A DNA stretch of 64,000 nucleotides from an uncultured Pseudomonadota bacterium (GTDB lineage: Bacteria; Desulfobacterota; Binatia; Binatales; Binataceae). The stretch is from the NCBI GenBank assembly GCA_963805995.1, contig CAWDWL010000005.1:479509-543508 (forward strand), written 5' to 3'. This document shows positions 59,153 through 64,000 of the stretch, piece by piece (the stretch's first letter is position 1; every line of letters begins with the position of its first letter). The translations under genes were made by a program, and so were the position numbers. Under the pieces are notes generated by a model that saw only the letters and a list, made by a program, of their open reading frames with translations, made no database searches and was not told the DNA's origin.

Positions 59153-59210
59153 GATCGGAGTAGCACCCCGCATCGATCGGAGTAGCACCCTGAATGGAGT
59201 AGCACCCTGG
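59153..59210. promoter_or_regulatory. three direct repeats of GGAGTAGCACCC (spacing 21 and 18 bp) in the divergent intergenic region, a candidate transcription-factor binding array
   Basis: Exact 12-mer at 59157, 59178 and 59196. A REP-like GGGTGCAGGCTGCG fragment follows at about 59255. Confidence 0.4.
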
Positions 59211-59367
59211 ATAAGGATGGCTCCCTTCCTCAACCTTCTCCCCCTGGCCAGAGGGAGATAAGAGAGGGTGCAGGCTGCGAAAATTTTTCCCGCGGCCTGC
59301 TAGTTTCGAGGCGGACCGGATTTCACCTGACACGATTCGCGTTTACCAAAAAAAGGAAGACCACAGC

Positions 59368-60108
59368 ATGAGCCAAAGAAGATACGATCTCAAGACCGCG
59401 GACGGCACCGTGGATTGCTACGTCCATCATCCCGACGGCCTTGGTCCATTGCCGGCTGTCATCTTTTATATGGACGGGCTCGGCCTGCGCCCCGAACTGC
59501 AACAGATGGCGGAGCGGCTCGCCTCCAACGGCTACTACGTGCTGCTGCCCAATCTCTATTATCGTGCCGGCGATTACACTCCGATCGATCCGTCCAAAAT
59601 GGCGGACCGCGGACCCGAATGGGACCGGCTGATGAAGCTGGTGAGTTCCGTCACCAACGAACGCATCGCGCAGGACACCGTCAGCTTCCTTGAGTTCCTC
59701 AGCCAGCAACCGGCGGCCAAAAGCCAGAAGGTCGGATGCGTCGGATATTGCATGGGTGGACCGCTGACCTTGACCGCCGCCGGCCGCTTCCCTGACCGCA
59801 TCGCCGCGGCGGCATCCTTCCATGGCGCCAATCTCGCCACCGATCGGCCCGACAGTCCTCATCTGCTGGCCGACAAGATGCGCGCCAGGGTCTATGTCGG
59901 AGTCGCCGAGACCGACCCCTTCCTGTTTCCGGGCGAAACCGAGCGGCTCAAGAGCGCGCTGGAAGAAGCCAAGGTCAACTACACGATGGAACTCTATCCC
60001 GGTGTGGTTCACGGTTTTGCCGTCCCCGGCGTTCCGATGTACGACCGCGAGGCGTCGGAGCGGCATTGGCAAAGGTTGCTGGCGCTTTACCGGGAAACTT
60101 TGTTGTAA
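59368..60108 (+). CDS. dienelactone hydrolase family protein
   Basis: DLH signature with a GYCMGG nucleophile elbow. Confidence 0.75.
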   Translation: MSQRRYDLKTADGTVDCYVHHPDGLGPLPAVIFYMDGLGLRPELQQMAERLASNGYYVLLPNLYYRAGDYTPIDPSKMADRGPEWDRLMKLVSSVTNERIAQDTVSFLEFLSQQPAAKSQKVGCVGYCMGGPLTLTAAGRFPDRIAAAASFHGANLATDRPDSPHLLADKMRARVYVGVAETDPFLFPGETERLKSALEEAKVNYTMELYPGVVHGFAVPGVPMYDREASERHWQRLLALYRETLL

Positions 60109-60164
60109 GCTCGATCTCATGAGCGGTACTGATTCGTCGAAGAAACTATGGAGCGGGTCCGAAG

Positions 60165-61349
60165 ATGCCGTACGCGCAGGGAAGAATCTATAACGACGCC
60201 GACAGCCACATCATGGAAACCAAGGACTGGCTGCTGGGCTACGCCGACCCTTCTATTCGTGGCCGCCTCTCGCCAATGACCAAGGCCATGATTGGGAGCG
60301 CGCATTCCGAGCGGCTTATCGACACCATGCTCGACGTGATCGGGCAGCGGCGCGCCAATCCTGAAGCGATGAAGCAGGCCGAGGCCGAGTTGATGACGCG
60401 CAAGTATCACCATGCGTTGGGCGGCTTCGATCCGGGCGAACGTGCGCGCGCGCTTGACCTGCTCGGCTTCAACCGTCAACTGGTTTTCACCGGCAGCCCG
60501 TTGGGTCAATTCTGGGGCGGATTCGGAGTCCAGCGATTCTTCGATTCCGACGTGCTCTATGGCGGCTGCCGCGCGCACAACCGCGCAATCGCCGACTTCT
60601 GCTCGCATGACAAGCGGCTGATCGCAGTGGGTTTCGTGCCCCTGGACGTCCCCGAACTGGCGGCAGGCGAAGTCGAGCAAGCAGTCCGGCTCGGATGCGG
60701 GGCGATTTGGGTGCCCGCCGTACCCCCGCCTACAATGTCGCCGACGCATCCCGACATGGATCCGGTGTGGGAGCGGATGCAGGACCTCGACATTCCCTTC
60801 GTTTTGCACCTCGGCGGCAGTCCGATGTTCCTGCGCCGCGGATTTGCCAAAAATGGGCGGACCACGGAACGTGGCGCGTTGGCCGACGACGTCCGGGCCA
60901 AGGAATACGCGACCGTCCATTTCGGCCCCGAAGCCTTCCTTTCGGCAATGATCCTGGATGGAGTGCTGCAGCGCTTCCCGCGTTTGCGTGGCGGAGTTAT
61001 CGAGCAGGGCGCAATCTGGGTCGTGCCATGGCTGCGCAAGCTGGATATTGCGCGGGACGCCTTCGCGCGCTTCGAGCCGTATTTGAACTTGCCGTTGAAG
61101 CCGTCGGAGTACGCGCGGCGGCAACTCAAATTCGCGCCCTTTCCGCCCGAACCGGTGGGCTGGATGATCGAACAGGCGGGCGCGGAACTGTTCCTGTTTT
61201 CCAGCGACTTCCCCCACGCCGAAGGCGGCCGCGATCCGATTGGCCGCTTCGAGCGCGCGTTGAATGAATATCCAACCGACGAAGACGCCAGGGATCGCTT
61301 TTATGCGCGCAATTTCAGTGAGTTGGTTGGCCCCCGCGCTTTCGCATGA
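60165..61349 (+). CDS. amidohydrolase-2 family metal-dependent hydrolase/decarboxylase
   Basis: DSHIME metal ligands, HLGG, and a SSDFPHAEG C-terminal motif. Confidence 0.75.
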   Translation: MPYAQGRIYNDADSHIMETKDWLLGYADPSIRGRLSPMTKAMIGSAHSERLIDTMLDVIGQRRANPEAMKQAEAELMTRKYHHALGGFDPGERARALDLLGFNRQLVFTGSPLGQFWGGFGVQRFFDSDVLYGGCRAHNRAIADFCSHDKRLIAVGFVPLDVPELAAGEVEQAVRLGCGAIWVPAVPPPTMSPTHPDMDPVWERMQDLDIPFVLHLGGSPMFLRRGFAKNGRTTERGALADDVRAKEYATVHFGPEAFLSAMILDGVLQRFPRLRGGVIEQGAIWVVPWLRKLDIARDAFARFEPYLNLPLKPSEYARRQLKFAPFPPEPVGWMIEQAGAELFLFSSDFPHAEGGRDPIGRFERALNEYPTDEDARDRFYARNFSELVGPRAFA

Positions 61350-61402
61350 CAACCAATTACCACGAGTCCCACCTCTGCCGCAGGTTGATCGAGCGTGGCT
61401 TG

Positions 61403-62635
61403 CTACATCGAGCGCAGAATCAGTGAACTGCCGCCGGTTTCGGTGCGCCAGCCGATACATGCCGCGATGTGGGCGTCTTTGACCTGCCGGCATCCGCGCG
61501 CGCGGTCGTAAGTGTGCTTGCCCGCGGCCCATCCCGGACAGGCGTCGTCGGCGCGATGGCGCAATTGGCGCACGTTTTCCGCCACCAGGTTCAGGCCGTG
61601 GGTATAGCCCTCCGACAGATGGCCGCCGCCGGTGTTGCAGGGCAACTCGTGGTCGATTTGCAAACGGCCGCCTTTGACGAATTCGTGCGCTTCGCCGCGG
61701 CCGCAAAAGCCGTAGGCTTCAAGCTGGATCAGGGTGGTAAAGGTGAAGGCGTCGTAGCAGGAAATCAGATCGACGTCTTTGTGCGTCACCCCGGTCATCC
61801 CCAGCATCCGCTGGCGCGCGTAATTCCCGCCCTGATAATGGATCTCGGGCCGCGAGTAGTTCCACGCCGGGGAGGGAGAAAAGGTGCGCGCGCTGCCGCC
61901 CAGGATGAACACCGGAGGCTGTTTCAGGTCATAGGCGCGCTCGCGGCTAGTCACGATAATCACGCTCGCCACGTCGGTTTCCAGGCAACAGTCCAGCAGC
62001 CGAAACGGCTTGGCGACCCAGCGTGAACGCTGATGGTCCTCGATCGTGATCGGCGCGCGCATCAGCGCCTTGGGATTGAGGCTGGCATGGTAACGATGCG
62101 CCACGGCAATTTCGGCGAACGACTTGGTGGTGGCGCCGAAGTCGCGCAGATAGCGCATCGCGCTGACGCCGAACATCTGGGCCGGGGTAGTGAACCCATT
62201 GGTGACGTTGAACTGCCCTTCAGCCGCAGCCGGCGTCGCGGGTACCGGCCCGCCGGGCGCCTGCCCGCCGTAACGACGGCCCGAGCGTCCGTTCATCGAC
62301 CGGAAGACCGCCACCGTCTTGCAGTAGCCGCCCTCGATAAGTCCGATCGCGTGAGCGATCAGCATCTCGGTGGCCGATCCGCCGCCGAGCATTTCGCTGG
62401 CGTAATTGAATCGCAGTCCCAAGGCGCTGCCAATATGCGCCGCGGTGGTCGAATCGCCGCCCAGACCGCCCTGGTAGCTGGTGATGCCATCGACGTCCAT
62501 GGGCCGCAGCCCGGCGTCATCGATGGCGTTGCGGATCGCCTCGCAAGCCATCGAAAGCGTCGTGCGGTTGGACGGCCGCATGAACGGCGTCTGGCCCAGG
62601 CCCACGATACAATATTTATCGGTCAAAGCACCCAT
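61403..62635 (-). CDS. thiolase-like protein (SCP-x / non-specific lipid-transfer thiolase family)
   Basis: Thiolase N- and C-terminal domains. No adjacent DUF35 partner was found. Confidence 0.7.
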   Translation of the reverse strand: MGALTDKYCIVGLGQTPFMRPSNRTTLSMACEAIRNAIDDAGLRPMDVDGITSYQGGLGGDSTTAAHIGSALGLRFNYASEMLGGGSATEMLIAHAIGLIEGGYCKTVAVFRSMNGRSGRRYGGQAPGGPVPATPAAAEGQFNVTNGFTTPAQMFGVSAMRYLRDFGATTKSFAEIAVAHRYHASLNPKALMRAPITIEDHQRSRWVAKPFRLLDCCLETDVASVIIVTSRERAYDLKQPPVFILGGSARTFSPSPAWNYSRPEIHYQGGNYARQRMLGMTGVTHKDVDLISCYDAFTFTTLIQLEAYGFCGRGEAHEFVKGGRLQIDHELPCNTGGGHLSEGYTHGLNLVAENVRQLRHRADDACPGWAAGKHTYDRARGCRQVKDAHIAACIGWRTETGGSSLILRSM

Positions 62636-63297
62636 CAGTTTTGTAGCCGCCCCACATCGCGCCAGCCGCCTTCAATAGCGGAATAACCGGTAAATAGGAA
62701 GGCTTCCGACCGTGAGGAGCGGTGCGGTTGGCAAAAGGCGCGTGATTGAAGTGCGTCAGGCGCCCGATCAGCGCGCCCCCAGTTTTGGAAACCTTTGGTT
62801 AGGCTCAACCGCAAGTGTCCTGTTTCAGGCCGGGGACCGCTTCCGACTTGATAAGGACGGTCCTGGCCAATGGCCTGTTGCTCAACTACATGGAATCATC
62901 TTTCGGCGCTTCACGACGCTTCTAACTGGCCTGGCTACGATTCGGAATAGAGACGCGGGGCATGGTCATGGTGCCGGCATTCAGGTGCGAGAAGTGCCTG
63001 AATGCCTCGCGTCATATGCGCTGCATCTCGCCGCAACCAACATCGTGTTCATCGTGAGCGCCCACACCGCCTGATAGGCTCGGCTCGTCTCTTTTGGAGG
63101 TCCTGGTCAGATGGGACCCTTCGGGGCCAAAGTCTGGCGCCTTCTTTAGTATAAATGCCTGCCGGCGGGGGACGGGCCAGGTCAAGAAAAGGGGTTGGTT
63201 ATAGCCTGGAAACGTCGGCTCCGGTCCCCCTTACCCATCATTTCTCGTCCCTCAGGCTCCCGTCTTCTATGTTTGACTTAACTTTATATATCAGCCC

Positions 63298-63825
63298 TTG
63301 CCTTGCCATATGAACGTATGGCAAAGTTGCTGCACTATGAACTCACGACCTTCACCATTGGCCGGTCTGCATTTATTCGCGCAGAGACTTCCTGATCACA
63401 GCGATCACGATGCGAGCGACATTATCCAGCCCGATATTGTTCTCCCTGCTCAGTGGACCGCGGCTTTCCGTCGTCATCAAAGGAGCGGGGAGACCAAGCT
63501 CTTGGCGGGAGTGCTTTTATCCGCCTGGCATGACCTCGATTCGCCCCATAGGAGCGTCCGCCTGGACGCGGAGTCCTTTTTCGAAATGCCCGATGCTGGA
63601 AAACCGCTTAGTTTGCGATTTCTATGTGAGGCTTTCGAACTTCAGGTCAGTGTGGTTCAACAGGTCGCTAGAGAACGGATTAAGCGCACATCCCAAAAGA
63701 TCCGGCCTCGACTCGTAGCCAAGTCCGGAGCCCACTCGTCGATATCGGCGGATAGAAAAGGCGCGGGGTCCAATCGGGAGCCTGAGGGATTGCCGTTGTC
63801 GGCCGGAATTACGCTAGCATCCTAG
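63298..63825 (+). CDS. hypothetical protein in a lower-GC patch
   Basis: 175-aa ORF. The local GC is noticeably lower than the window average. Confidence 0.3.
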   Translation: MPCHMNVWQSCCTMNSRPSPLAGLHLFAQRLPDHSDHDASDIIQPDIVLPAQWTAAFRRHQRSGETKLLAGVLLSAWHDLDSPHRSVRLDAESFFEMPDAGKPLSLRFLCEAFELQVSVVQQVARERIKRTSQKIRPRLVAKSGAHSSISADRKGAGSNREPEGLPLSAGITLAS

Positions 63826-64000
63826 CAGCTCTGCTGACGGCAGGACGGGCTGCCATTTATCGGGTACTCGTCCAGGGTCATCTTTCTTCAGTGAGGGGGA
63901 ATGGGGTCTGGCGCCAATTCTTAATGTAAATGTCGCCCGGCGCCGACGGTGGGGCTTGAACATTCCGGGGTGTACGGGGGTGGAGTGTTTGAAATTCGAT

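Noticed and set aside
60117-61706. 529-aa minus-strand ORF
   Set aside because: Antisense to the amidohydrolase gene, which has recognisable motifs. The translation is Arg-rich with no domain signature. It is a high-GC antisense artefact.

Overview
This is a high-GC (~65%) bacterial chromosomal segment with dense coding on both strands. The gene content (hopanoid genes, a carboxypeptidase-regulatory-domain TonB-dependent receptor, luciferase-like monooxygenase (LLM) oxidoreductases, a DUF1111 di-heme protein) is compatible with an Acidobacteria-like soil organism, but that is inference only. I recognised no rRNA, tRNA or CRISPR array by eye.

Main blocks:
- 0.1-13.1 kb: a hopanoid biosynthesis supercluster on the minus strand (hpnA, hpnE, hpnD, hpnC, dxr, shc, a Zn-dependent alcohol dehydrogenase (ADH), ispA-like, hpnH), plus an FtsX-like permease and a TetR regulator.
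- 13.6-18 kb: a hybrid histidine kinase, a Gfo/Idh/MocA oxidoreductase, an interspersed-repeat cluster and an LLM oxidoreductase.
- 18.1-25.1 kb: a divergent two-operon module, which is the best candidate for an undescribed biosynthetic or tailoring system. One arm encodes a HAD hydrolase, a nucleotidyltransferase, an ATP-grasp ligase, a class III aminotransferase and a HAD-IIIA phosphatase. The other arm encodes a CDP-alcohol phosphatidyltransferase fusion protein followed by a B12-binding radical SAM enzyme.
- 25.3-31.1 kb: a lipoprotein, a second LLM oxidoreductase, rnhB, and lpdA-lipB-lipA.
- 31.05-32.35 kb: a 1.3 kb non-coding repeat thicket containing a MITE-like element with terminal inverted repeats. 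A second copy of that element lies at 43.46 kb.
- 32.4-38.8 kb: DUF1111 di-heme protein, TonB-dependent receptor, ExbB, ExbD and TonB.
- 39.3-43.2 kb: epoxide hydrolase, a GatB/YqeY-domain protein, 3-methyladenine glycosylase, and a sigma-54-type activator with a degenerate GAFTGA motif.
- 43.2-47.7 kb: a lower-GC accessory patch (orphan VapB-like antitoxin with a truncated VapC remnant, ribbon-helix-helix (RHH) protein, small ORFs). It is bounded by 55-bp direct repeats that encode the C-terminus of the adjacent DUF420 gene with only synonymous differences.
- 47.7-54.8 kb: an aa3-type cytochrome oxidase cluster with ctaA, ctaB and two subunit III paralogs.
- 55.1-62.6 kb: acyl-CoA ligase, pyruvoyl-dependent arginine decarboxylase, CoA-transferase, dienelactone hydrolase, amidohydrolase and a thiolase-like protein.

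Several genes show apparent single-nucleotide frameshifts or a missing start or stop codon (histidine kinase, Gfo/Idh/MocA oxidoreductase, TonB-dependent receptor, DUF420). Taken together this pattern hints at indel-type sequence errors and should be kept in mind for every anomaly reported below.
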